Of a stretch of 50,945 nt of DNA, positions 7,867 through 16,626 are shown in pieces. Within the stretch, counting starts at the first letter, position 1, and every line of letters begins with the position of its first letter. The translations under genes were made by a program, and so were the position numbers. Source of the DNA: a virus; IMG/VR virus record IMGVR_UViG_3300009314_000016. One strand, given 5' to 3'. The notes under the pieces were generated by a model. That model did not search any database. It was given only the letters and a program-made list of their open reading frames with translations, and had not been told where the DNA came from.

Positions 7867-10032
7867 TTACCCCTTTTTTACTTTCTCTGCCCATTCATAA
7901 TAGTCATATTTATCAGCCCAGCCGTTACTATCACCTATATTAAAAACGTCGTGAGGATCAGCTATTTCTGGTTCAGCCAAATGACTAACTAGCTGCTGCT
8001 CTGTTATATCTTTCTCCATACATTCTTTTAATTTTGAAACTATAGAGTTAATATCATCTACAGAGATATCTGTTACATTTATTTCGAAAGCTATTTCATC
8101 ATGTATAGTAGCTACTAATTTTACTTTACTTATATCGAGTGAACCGTCTATGTAACTGTCATAGATCCTATTAAGAGCCATTTTAGTTACGTCAGCTGCA
8201 GTACCTTGTATCGGCGTATTTCTAGCTTTTCTTTCATCAGAATATTTAAGAAAATCGTCTTTACTATTTATTCTATACAAAGGTCTACGATAACCTAACA
8301 TCGTTTCTACGTAACCGGTATCCTCAGCGAATTTTACAATGTTTTCCGCAAAATCCTCCATACCTGGATACGCATGGGACAAAGAATCTATCCTTTGTTG
8401 ACAGGTTTTTTTAGGTAAATAAATACCACTCTCTTTATATTTAGTTTGTAAAGCAGCTCCACCTCCTCCATACGAGGCTGTAAAGTAAATAGGCTTGGCA
8501 GGGTTTCTATACTCTTTACTGACCTTACTACCGTCTGTCAAATCGATATCCAGACCGAATGCACTTTTCGCAGTAAAGCTGTGCATATCCCAGCCCTTTT
8601 TAATGATATTTATCATAGTATCATCTTTAAATAATTCCGCTGCAATCCTAACTTCTTGTGCGGCGTAATCTATCAATACTAATATGTTTCCAGGGGCTGG
8701 CTGATACAGATTTCTTACTTTCAGTTTATCATTAGCTACGTTAGGTATGTTCTGGGCATTAGGTTTTGAACTGTTAAACCGGCTAGTTTCTGTATACATG
8801 AAATAATTGCTATGGATTCTTTTAGTAACTATATTTAAATGTTTAAGTCTCCCATCTATATGTGAGTTTATCATAGTGCCGTTTTTCTGTACTACCGATA
8901 TAGCATTTAATAAAACTATTAAATCATCTTTGAAGGGGTGCGGCTCACCTAAATCTTTTTTCATAGTTTTATAAGTCTCTCCGCAATACAATTCTTTCTT
9001 GTTAGTTAGATTGTTCTCTAACATGTGGATCATATCTGATATGGATTCAGCGTCCAAAGAAGGATCACCGGTTTTTCCTGATACGTTAGATACAGGACAA
9101 TTTAATAATCTGAATAACAGATCTTTTACCACCTTAGTTTTACCGGTCTTACCTACTTTATCTTTACCGTCTAAAGTAAATTTTCTACCATGTTTAGCAG
9201 CTATGTATATAATTTTTTCTTTAGCTTCCAGCTGTTCATATAAGGCTTTATTTTTCCTTGAATCTGCATCTAATGTATTATAGTATAATCCGTTATACTC
9301 CATCAAACCAATTGATTTTATCGCAGGCATTTCTACGTTATGTAAAAATTCCCAGTAATTTTTATAAGGTCTAGGACCTATATGCATACCGTTGCATAGT
9401 TCAGGTATTTTTATATCTTCTAAAAGTTTTTTATATACCTTAAACAGTTTTAAAGCCTGTATAGTATCGTCAGCTACATAATCAGCTGATACTTCTATAT
9501 CAGTGTCATTGAAATGACCTTCACCCACAGTATCAGAGAATTCTAACATAGTGTGGTTGAAATGTTCTAACGCCATGGTTTTCAGGCCTAACCCTTTAAG
9601 GATAAACCCGTTATCTAAAAGATTAGGTTTTTCTATCTGTCGATATCTCACTATCATATGCATAGGATCAGCGACATTTTTAAACAGAGAACCAAATCTA
9701 AAACACTGTTTCTGTTCGAAAGCTAGGTTGTAAGCTATTTTAGTTATGTCTTTGTCTTTGAAAATATCATGAAAAATTTCAAAGACTTCTTTACCTGTTA
9801 TGTCTATATTTTTTCCTACTTTATGTGTTATCGGCACCACATAAGATATAGTTTCATCGAAACAAAAAGCTATAGTGGTTATATCCGATTTATGTGGGTC
9901 TAAAGCTGCTTTCGGGAATTCCCTGAATCGTTCTAAAGGGCTAGTTTCTAAATCAAAAGAAAAAACTGTACCTCTGTTTTCTAAAACTTCTAGTAATCTT
10001 TTTTTAGTATAAATTATTTCTCGTTTTACCAT
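7867..10032 (-). CDS. Family A DNA polymerase with 3'-5' exonuclease domain
   Basis: FSFDLETS (Exo I), DYAAQEVRIAA (motif A), RNPAKPIYFTASYGGG (motif B), IHDEI (motif C). Start set to the ATG 8 nt after AGGGGAG (the track GTG at 10041 is also possible). Confidence 0.9.
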   Translation of the reverse strand: MVKREIIYTKKRLLEVLENRGTVFSFDLETSPLERFREFPKAALDPHKSDITTIAFCFDETISYVVPITHKVGKNIDITGKEVFEIFHDIFKDKDITKIAYNLAFEQKQCFRFGSLFKNVADPMHMIVRYRQIEKPNLLDNGFILKGLGLKTMALEHFNHTMLEFSDTVGEGHFNDTDIEVSADYVADDTIQALKLFKVYKKLLEDIKIPELCNGMHIGPRPYKNYWEFLHNVEMPAIKSIGLMEYNGLYYNTLDADSRKNKALYEQLEAKEKIIYIAAKHGRKFTLDGKDKVGKTGKTKVVKDLLFRLLNCPVSNVSGKTGDPSLDAESISDMIHMLENNLTNKKELYCGETYKTMKKDLGEPHPFKDDLIVLLNAISVVQKNGTMINSHIDGRLKHLNIVTKRIHSNYFMYTETSRFNSSKPNAQNIPNVANDKLKVRNLYQPAPGNILVLIDYAAQEVRIAAELFKDDTMINIIKKGWDMHSFTAKSAFGLDIDLTDGSKVSKEYRNPAKPIYFTASYGGGGAALQTKYKESGIYLPKKTCQQRIDSLSHAYPGMEDFAENIVKFAEDTGYVETMLGYRRPLYRINSKDDFLKYSDERKARNTPIQGTAADVTKMALNRIYDSYIDGSLDISKVKLVATIHDEIAFEINVTDISVDDINSIVSKLKECMEKDITEQQLVSHLAEPEIADPHDVFNIGDSNGWADKYDYYEWAEKVKKG

Positions 10033-10045
10033 GAGTTCCACTCCC

Positions 10046-10627
10046 CTATAATATATTGTTCAAAAACCATGTTTTTACACTAGCTTTCAGACCTTTTAAT
10101 AAATACATAGTAGATACAGTCCCCTGATATACCAGATATTCATTATCACTTAATTTTTTTACGGCTAATATATTTTCCACCGATACTTTACCTGTTTTTC
10201 TTACTTTTATGTGTCCGTAGAGATCATCATATATTTTTATATAATAAGTTCCTCCATTTCTTAAAACATCAAAATCGTTTATTTTAGTATATTCTTGATG
10301 TAAAAAATAAACCTCCTGTTTCGAGAAAAAATTTAAGGCCGAATCTCTCACCTCTTCTATGAATTCTAAATCTATGTAAGATTTAACGTACTCGGCTAAC
10401 GGTACTGCGTCTTTTAGTTGGACTTCATTGGTAGACTTTAAAGGAATTTCATTAGCTTTTTCGTCTAATTCAATAGGTTTAACTCTGTAACATATTACAT
10501 CTAAACTACGATTATCAGCCATCTCATCGTTTTTCTTTCTTACATAAGCAGTAGCTGTTTTTTTATTACTGAAAATAAAAATATCAGGTTCTTTTATATT
10601 GCCACCCATTACCGAAAATAATTTCAT
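10046..10627 (-). CDS. Hypothetical protein
   Basis: Track ORF, AAGGAG before the ATG. Confidence 0.7.
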   Translation of the reverse strand: MKLFSVMGGNIKEPDIFIFSNKKTATAYVRKKNDEMADNRSLDVICYRVKPIELDEKANEIPLKSTNEVQLKDAVPLAEYVKSYIDLEFIEEVRDSALNFFSKQEVYFLHQEYTKINDFDVLRNGGTYYIKIYDDLYGHIKVRKTGKVSVENILAVKKLSDNEYLVYQGTVSTMYLLKGLKASVKTWFLNNIL

Positions 10628-10651
10628 CTTAAATCTCCTTTATAATACTTT

Positions 10652-10750
10652 TTAACTCTTTGTCAGTTTACTTATAGTATAAATATTACAAATATTAACT
10701 ATTATCGTCGCTATATTAACACATACAAGTAATTTCTCTGTAATTGTCAT
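10652..10750 (-). CDS. 32-aa hydrophobic microprotein
   Basis: Hand translation MTITEKLLVCVNIATIIVNICNIYTISKLTKS. GGAGG before the ATG, abutting the upstream stop. Confidence 0.5.
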   Translation of the reverse strand: MTITEKLLVCVNIATIIVNICNIYTISKLTKS

Positions 10751-11521
10751 TTAATCCTCCTCAAATCTGTTTTTAAATTTTTTAAGGTTTCTTTTAGATA
10801 ACCCGCTAGATTTATTTTTAAATTTTTCTTTTTTTCTTCTTTTCTTTTCTCTGATAACATCCGTTTTTGTATTAAAATGATTTACTAATTCACTTCTTAA
10901 TTTTATGAATTTATTCAAAACTTTCTTAAAGTAAACCTGGTCATTTTTAGACAATTCATTTTCGTGTATAACGTCTTTTAATATCTCAGTAGCTAAAATT
11001 ATGTCGTAAACGATAGAGCTTTCCTGTTTAGTCAAGAACCATAGATCTCGTCCTTCAGTAAATACTCCTAAATCTATTTCCTTAGCTTTTTTCTCATAAA
11101 GATCAGTAATAAATTTACGTTGAGTGTCTGGAAAAACTTTATTTTCGTAAGCAGCTATTCTATTGGACATGTTTTTTATCCAAGTATAATTTTTATCGTA
11201 AAATTTTCTTATAATATTATACGAAACATTATTATCAGAATCTCCTCTTACTTCTTTTAATTTATCCTCAGCACCTTTTTTATACCTATTAAAAACACTA
11301 TCAGGTAAGTATGAAAATATTTCTTTATTAAACTCACCCACAAAGTAACAAACTGCTACTAAAATGTTAGTGTAGACACCATCAATTATATTGATAGTAT
11401 CTACAGTAGATAATTCTTGAGTTACCTTTGCTTTTTCTAGAAATACTTTCTTTTGTACTTTTTTAGTTAACTTAGATTTATTTTTTCGTTTTCTTTTCTC
11501 AGAGTCCAACTTTCTGACCAT
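10751..11521 (-). CDS. Hypothetical protein with strongly basic N- and C-termini
   Basis: Track ORF, GAGGAG before the ATG, K/R-rich ends. Confidence 0.7.
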   Translation of the reverse strand: MVRKLDSEKRKRKNKSKLTKKVQKKVFLEKAKVTQELSTVDTINIIDGVYTNILVAVCYFVGEFNKEIFSYLPDSVFNRYKKGAEDKLKEVRGDSDNNVSYNIIRKFYDKNYTWIKNMSNRIAAYENKVFPDTQRKFITDLYEKKAKEIDLGVFTEGRDLWFLTKQESSIVYDIILATEILKDVIHENELSKNDQVYFKKVLNKFIKLRSELVNHFNTKTDVIREKKRRKKEKFKNKSSGLSKRNLKKFKNRFEED

Positions 11522-11523
11522 GG

Positions 11524-11697
11524 TTACTCCTCTAGACCGAAGAATTGATATCTATTACACCTGCTACACATAGTTTCTCTGCCTTTATGTCTGCATACAT
11601 TACATAATTTACTAGACAAGACTTTAATAAGCTTATTTCTTTTTACTATTTCCTGCAGTAATCTCCTGTTCTCCAGTCTTAAATTAGTTTCCTTCAT
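11524..11697 (-). CDS. 57-aa zinc-ribbon-like microprotein (CNVC...CSRC)
   Basis: Hand translation MKETNLRLENRRLLQEIVKRNKLIKVLSSKLCNVCRHKGRETMCSRCNRYQFFGLEE. GGAGG 6 nt before the ATG. Confidence 0.6.
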   Translation of the reverse strand: MKETNLRLENRRLLQEIVKRNKLIKVLSSKLCNVCRHKGRETMCSRCNRYQFFGLEE

Positions 11698-11947
11698 TTA
11701 AAGCCTCCAAAATTTTAGCTTTTAATCTTTGCGCCAGCATATTAGCCGACTTAGTAACACTATCCCCGTCAAATATATCATCTATAAACAGACCGAAACC
11801 AATTTCACATAAACACGATAGACTATAAAAAGCCTCTACGGGTTGTACTCTGTTACAATCTATGTTCTCGATATCAACTATAAGTTCCTTGTTAGTTTTT
11901 GTAGAATCCTTTATAGTTAAAACTATGTTATCCTCTTCTTTTTCCAC
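11684..11947 (-). CDS. Hypothetical protein
   Basis: Track ORF, GTG start 10 nt after GGAGG. Confidence 0.65.
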   Translation of the reverse strand: MEKEEDNIVLTIKDSTKTNKELIVDIENIDCNRVQPVEAFYSLSCLCEIGFGLFIDDIFDGDSVTKSANMLAQRLKAKILEALNEGN

Positions 11948-11952
11948 TAAAA

Positions 11953-12222
11953 TCAGTCCTCCAGTTTTTTAAAATACAGTATTTTTACTAATGTTTTAGA
12001 TAGCATTTCCTCTATTCTTATTACATTTTTTAAATCAGCTTCTAAATCACCTTTCTTAACTTTTATAAATTCAGTTTTAATATTTGTAGTCACTAAATAA
12101 GTATTTATTTCAATTTCTTCTTTTTCTTCTATTTTTTTACTTTCTTCTATCTGTTTAATTTCTTCTATCTGTTTAATTTCTTCTAGCACGTCATGGATTA
12201 TTTTTTTACTTTCTTCTAACAT
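11953..12222 (-). CDS. Hypothetical coiled-coil protein with IKQIEE repeat
   Basis: Track ORF 11953-12231. The second ATG (12222) has better spacing from GGAGG. Contains an 18-bp tandem repeat at 12142-12185. Confidence 0.65.
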   Translation of the reverse strand: MLEESKKIIHDVLEEIKQIEEIKQIEESKKIEEKEEIEINTYLVTTNIKTEFIKVKKGDLEADLKNVIRIEEMLSKTLVKILYFKKLED

Positions 12223-12271
12223 TTTAACCATCCTCCTTAGATTCAGTAGTAATTTCCTGGACCATGTTAGA

Positions 12272-13645
12272 CTACTTTAAACTCATAGCCATAATTTCAT
12301 TATCTTTTATTTCATCGAAATTATCCGCTTTATCTAAATCATGCCTAAAATCATCAAACCTCGCATACAGCAAGCTTTTATTACCATGCTTATCTTCTGA
12401 TATACCGTTGCATTTTACATCAACTAATGTGTATAAATAACTAGCCTGATTATCCCATATCTTTTTTCTTAGTGCATCACTTACGCCAGCTGCTGCTGTT
12501 TTAACTATACCGTCATAGGATTCCAGAATAAGGGAACCTAAATTATGTTTATATTTATTTTTACCTTCTTTGTAACCTACTATTTTAAGTGTGCATTTCA
12601 TTTCTAATTTCATTTTCACCTGATAGCTAGGTTTCCCATCCTTCCATTTACCGTCGAAAGTTTTCAGAACTGCTCCCTCTTCTCCTCTTACTAGGTAATC
12701 TTTAAAAACTTTCATAGCTTCTTCTTTTGAATTAACTATCTCGTACCCTGTCTGAATTATAGATCCTCTAGTGTTAACTGCGTTTAATGTATCTTCTAGC
12801 AGCTTCAATCTACTCTGTCTATCAGAAATACCTTTTTTCAGAAGAAACTCATCCAAGGGTATTACATCCCAAGCTATTATATATAACTTATCTTCCACAG
12901 ATCCCGTTGTCATCTGATAATTATTATAAAAATCTTTATAAGTTTCTCCGCTTCCATCCTCATTAGTTTCTATTAAACTAGCTATTATTCCATTAGCTGT
13001 TTTTCTTTCAAAACCTTCTAACATTAACTCACCGTTTAAAACCATGTCCTGCCCTACATGTTTTCGTAATCTCTTTAACACGTTTAGAAGCGGACCTTCT
13101 ATAGTTTGTAGATGACCTGACCTGCTCTGCAAGAAAGGTTTTTCTGTTATATAAGCGTTTGTATACATTCCGTCGTTTTTTACCTCGCAATAAGCGGGAT
13201 ATTTAAAATTCTGTATTAATTTTTTAGTGTAAGACTTGCAGCCCATATAAGGAGCTAAGAAAATCTCGTCATACAGCTCAACAACATTGTTGTATCCTTT
13301 AGCACCTATACCTAGTTTAAGTGCGTTACACACTATTTTTTCAGCTATATCGTTATTTTCAGGTAATAAATTTACAAACTTTTTTATACTGGCTATATTA
13401 TTATCAGTTATTTCCATAGTATTCATAAACTGCAACACATGATCTAAATCTTCGAATTTAGTAAAACAGTGACTATCTACTTTTTTGTATCGTTTTTCTC
13501 CTATCCCTGTTACTATCAAAGGGTTTAGTATAAATTTAAGTAAAGACACAAAACTACTGTTTGTCTTATGTTTTGATATAAAACCCTCCTTATTTTTTGA
13601 TCCTTTAAGTTCTTTTAATTCTTTTAACATTTGCAATCTTTTCAT
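12272..13645 (-). CDS. ATP-dependent DNA ligase
   Basis: EVKNDGM (KxDG adenylation motif I), LNGELML, EGAVLK, YQVKMK motifs in the canonical order. Confidence 0.85.
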   Translation of the reverse strand: MKRLQMLKELKELKGSKNKEGFISKHKTNSSFVSLLKFILNPLIVTGIGEKRYKKVDSHCFTKFEDLDHVLQFMNTMEITDNNIASIKKFVNLLPENNDIAEKIVCNALKLGIGAKGYNNVVELYDEIFLAPYMGCKSYTKKLIQNFKYPAYCEVKNDGMYTNAYITEKPFLQSRSGHLQTIEGPLLNVLKRLRKHVGQDMVLNGELMLEGFERKTANGIIASLIETNEDGSGETYKDFYNNYQMTTGSVEDKLYIIAWDVIPLDEFLLKKGISDRQSRLKLLEDTLNAVNTRGSIIQTGYEIVNSKEEAMKVFKDYLVRGEEGAVLKTFDGKWKDGKPSYQVKMKLEMKCTLKIVGYKEGKNKYKHNLGSLILESYDGIVKTAAAGVSDALRKKIWDNQASYLYTLVDVKCNGISEDKHGNKSLLYARFDDFRHDLDKADNFDEIKDNEIMAMSLK

Positions 13646-13899
13646 TAACGCCTCCTATTTTTTCTTCTACTTTTTTTCTGTATTTTTTCTTTAGATTTCT
13701 TTTTACTAGATCTTCTGTTTTTAACTATTTTTACACCGTCCCTGAAATAGCTTACTTCTTTAGTTAAATCCTCAACAGAGCCGTGAACAGCTTCTAAATC
13801 CTTTAAAGACTCTTTTAAATTACCTACTATATTTTCGGCGGTTTTAGTGCACTCACGCCCTGACGCAAATTTTCTGATTTTTATTTTATCTTGATCCAT
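13645..13899 (-). CDS. Hypothetical protein with basic C-terminus
   Basis: Track ORF, GGAGG before the ATG. Confidence 0.65.
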   Translation of the reverse strand: MDQDKIKIRKFASGRECTKTAENIVGNLKESLKDLEAVHGSVEDLTKEVSYFRDGVKIVKNRRSSKKKSKEKIQKKSRRKNRRR

Positions 13900-14243
13900 T
13901 AATCTACTACCTCCTCTATTTTTATTCCGTAAATCTCTCCTTCCTTATGACCTTCTTCAAAACCTTCATTGTTTTCTATACACATCTCTACCTGATTTTT
14001 AGGTATATCTAACTCATCGTAAGCATTTTGAACCTGTTTAGGAGTGTTGAGAACCATTAGTTCCGTACCGGTCATGGTTTTCTTTTCTTCTGCAAACTTC
14101 TTAGCTAAACCAGAAGAAAAACCCAAGCAGTAGCTAAAGATGAAACCCTTATTGTTACCGGGCCTGAACAGAGAATTAAACCGGGCTTTATCATAAGATT
14201 TTTTAGCTGTTTTTCTAATGTAAGGTATCAGAATCTCTAACAT
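13899..14243 (-). CDS. C-terminal part of a DUF2786-type protein (split by a frameshift at an A7 run)
   Basis: The frame is open upstream to 14300 and joins the 14279-14581 frame if one A is added to the A7 run. Confidence 0.6.
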   Translation of the reverse strand: MLEILIPYIRKTAKKSYDKARFNSLFRPGNNKGFIFSYCLGFSSGLAKKFAEEKKTMTGTELMVLNTPKQVQNAYDELDIPKNQVEMCIENNEGFEEGHKEGEIYGIKIEEVVD

Positions 14244-14278
14244 CTGATCTACTATCTTTATATGTGTTTCTAGTCCGA

Positions 14279-14581
14279 TTAAACAAGGTTTATTTTTTTC
14301 TTACCAGAAACTGACTGATAAACTACCTTACATTTAAAATTTTCAGATAAAACCCGTACTAAGGTTAGTACCCAGCTATCTGGTTTGAAAGAATACTTAT
14401 CGAGAACTGCAGTTAGGACCTCTGCGTTTAACTCTTCCAGGTCCTTATCTGATATGTCATGAGCTAACATAAGTTTCTGCGCTAACGCAGCTGCCGCCAT
14501 AACCTCAGTTTCAGGAGAACCATTTTCTATAGTCTTGTTTAATAGATTTTTTATCTTTTTGGCTACTTTCGCTTTACTCAT
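14279..14581 (-). CDS. DUF2786-like N-terminal domain protein (5' part of a split gene)
   Basis: KKIKNLLNKT...ETEVMAAAALAQKLMLAHDI resembles the DUF2786 N-terminal signature. GGAGG before the ATG. Confidence 0.6.
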   Translation of the reverse strand: MSKAKVAKKIKNLLNKTIENGSPETEVMAAAALAQKLMLAHDISDKDLEELNAEVLTAVLDKYSFKPDSWVLTLVRVLSENFKCKVVYQSVSGKKKINLV

Positions 14582-14786
14582 TTGAACCTCCTATTTCTTT
14601 TAATATATAATATCTACCTTGTGAAAAACTGTAAAACTGGTTAGGGTTCAGTATACCCCGTTTACAGTTTTTCAAAGCTTCTTCGCAGGCTTTCTTTAAA
14701 GATTCTAAATCAATTGTGCCTTCGATTCTTTTAATAAGTATGTCGTTATATCCCGGACCTGTGACCATAAAATCGAATACTAACAT
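14574..14786 (-). CDS. Hypothetical protein
   Basis: Track ORF, AAGGAG upstream. First gene after the 14843-14898 promoter. Confidence 0.65.
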   Translation of the reverse strand: MLVFDFMVTGPGYNDILIKRIEGTIDLESLKKACEEALKNCKRGILNPNQFYSFSQGRYYILKEIGGSNE

Positions 14787-14842
14787 ATCATAAACACTCC
14801 TTTTATAACTTAAAATAAGTTACGTACACTTTTAGTATATAC

Positions 14843-14898
14843 AGTATATCATATAAAAAGTTTTATGTATACACTTTTTTTAACTTTTTTTAACTTTT
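14843..14898 (-). promoter_or_regulatory. Leftward sigma70-type promoter with A-tract upstream element
   Basis: Minus strand: AAAAGTTAAAAAAAGTTAAAAAAGTG, TATACA (14866-14871), 17 nt, TATACT (14843-14848). Confidence 0.6.
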
Positions 14899-14994
14899 CA
14901 CTTACCTAATTCAGTAACTAAAAAAAGAATTTTGTACTTTTAGGTAACTGACCTATCGATAAAAGTATACAAAAATTCTTTTTAAAATTTAATC

Positions 14995-15105
14995 TTACTC
15001 ACATGTGTCTTTTTCTCCGCAGCATTCGCAGCATATTTCTTTATCGCAACTGCTGTAGATAGCTGCTACGGGTTCTATATTTTTTCCACAACATTTACAT
15101 TCCAT
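14995..15105 (-). CDS. 36-aa Cys-rich microprotein (paralog of 5204-5329)
   Basis: Track ORF 14995-15201. Start moved to the ATG 5 nt after AAAGGAGG. Product MECKCCGKNIEPVAAIYSSCDKEICCECCGEKDTCE. Confidence 0.6.
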   Translation of the reverse strand: MECKCCGKNIEPVAAIYSSCDKEICCECCGEKDTCE

Positions 15106-15190
15106 GCTAACCTCCTTTGTACTCTCGCCTGATATCGTTACATATATCACTATAATTAATAGGTATACTACAAACCATGGTATCTTACGG

Positions 15191-15436
15191 TTATCTATCA
15201 TTTTCTTTAGAATTTCTTCTCTTTAGACTTTCTTCTCTCTGTGCTCTCCAATCTTTTGCACAAAAGTTACCAGGCAAAAACATCTTTGTGCCATAAATTT
15301 CTTCTTTAAAATTATAAAATTTTATAAACTCGATTCTAAGTTCCTCCGAAGTATCTTCAGATAAAAGAAGTTCGTCGGTTTCTTTATCTAAAACCAGCTC
15401 CACAAATTTACCTCCATTTATATGATATCTACCCAT
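15191..15436 (-). CDS. Hypothetical protein
   Basis: Track ORF 15191-15451. Start moved to ATG 15434-15436 after GGAGGTG. Confidence 0.65.
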   Translation of the reverse strand: MGRYHINGGKFVELVLDKETDELLLSEDTSEELRIEFIKFYNFKEEIYGTKMFLPGNFCAKDWRAQREESLKRRNSKENDR

Positions 15437-15602
15437 TATCATCACCTCCACTAATAACAGGGTTTTCGTAATCTAACAGTGCTTTAATTTCTCCACATCT
15501 ACATACAGGTAGACCGCATCCGCAGTCGTAGTCGTCCATTCCATGATCTTCAGCAGCTGCTCCTATATTCTCTTCATGCTCTTCGCTGTCTGTACTATAC
15601 AT
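15429..15602 (-). CDS. 57-aa acidic Cys-rich microprotein (DCGCGLPVCRCG)
   Basis: Hand translation. GGAGG before the ATG, stop overlaps the next start (ATGGGTAG). Confidence 0.55.
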   Translation of the reverse strand: MYSTDSEEHEENIGAAAEDHGMDDYDCGCGLPVCRCGEIKALLDYENPVISGGDDNG

Positions 15603-15681
15603 TATTATACCTCCTTATTAAACTAACTGTTAACTACTGTCTTAATTTCGATCCTATAAAGATTTTAGTAGTACCATATAC

Positions 15682-16179
15682 CTACGAAATCGTAGGTATA
15701 TGGTCAGAAAAGTACTTCATGGAAATTTTTTCGAGGTGCCTCAAATCGCTATACCCACCCTTTGTGTACGTTACATTGAGCTCCTCCACAGGAGTGATTA
15801 TCTCAGTAGCAGGATCTACATGTACTGCTATTTTATTCACTACATCATAATAGTAATACCCATATCCTAACTTTTTCACCGACGTGATTGCAGCTTGCTT
15901 ATTAGCGGCTATTTTTACAAGGTTACTGTCTGGTATTTTATGGAAGGGTTTCTTTAAACGATTGAGTATATCGGAGTCAGTCGTTAACCTGCTGCTTTCT
16001 TCTTTGTGAATAATATAATCAAATAGATACGTCTGTAACTCAGAGTCAAGCACAAATGTATCATCCCACATATCATATCCGTCAGCGTAGTCATCCGCAC
16101 CGAATAGATCCCCCATAAATCCTGGCATACTGTACTCAGGAGTACTTAGGAGTACTCCCGCAAGGTACCAAACTTCCAT
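15682..16179 (-). CDS. Hypothetical D/Y-rich protein; 5' end uncertain
   Basis: Track ORF with no convincing SD. The same frame stays open upstream across a TAG at 16204-16206. Confidence 0.5.
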   Translation of the reverse strand: MEVWYLAGVLLSTPEYSMPGFMGDLFGADDYADGYDMWDDTFVLDSELQTYLFDYIIHKEESSRLTTDSDILNRLKKPFHKIPDSNLVKIAANKQAAITSVKKLGYGYYYYDVVNKIAVHVDPATEIITPVEELNVTYTKGGYSDLRHLEKISMKYFSDHIPTIS

Positions 16180-16354
16180 AACGCCTTTATACGTATGGTC
16201 GTCCTATATATAGACGTTGTAATCTTCTTCATTTTGATACTCACCGTCGTAATATAATACATACTGTATAATCAAAGTGTTTTGTGTTATTGCCTTCTTG
16301 ATTCTTCTTTTAAGTCTGTTTCTTTTTACCTATGATAACTTTACCTCCTCAGTA

Positions 16355-16558
16355 TTATAAATCTAAAATTCTGTACTTAGAATCTACGTAAAATTTAGAA
16401 CCTAAAAGTTCAAACAAGTGTAATGTTATTGGGTAACAATCGTAGATACTGTTAGGTATGTGGTCTATATGTACTACAGCGATAATGTTGTCTTTTCTCA
16501 CTTTTTTGAACATATTAGTTATGTATTCAACTTCTTTTTCATCATCTATGTCCATCAT
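16355..16558 (-). CDS. Hypothetical protein; 5' end disrupted by a 13-bp tandem duplication
   Basis: Track ORF with no SD before the ATGATG. An upstream ATG at 16607 becomes in-frame if one 13-bp unit is removed. Confidence 0.55.
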   Translation of the reverse strand: MMDIDDEKEVEYITNMFKKVRKDNIIAVVHIDHIPNSIYDCYPITLHLFELLGSKFYVDSKYRILDL

Positions 16559-16566
16559 CTATGTCC
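16541..16566. repeat. Perfect 13-bp tandem duplication (atcatctatgtcc x2)
   Basis: Read directly; the unit length is not a multiple of 3. Confidence 0.95.
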
Positions 16567-16626
16567 ACACTTGTTATGTCATAGTTAGATAAACATGTCT
16601 CAACCATGCTTTTCTGTCCTGCCATC

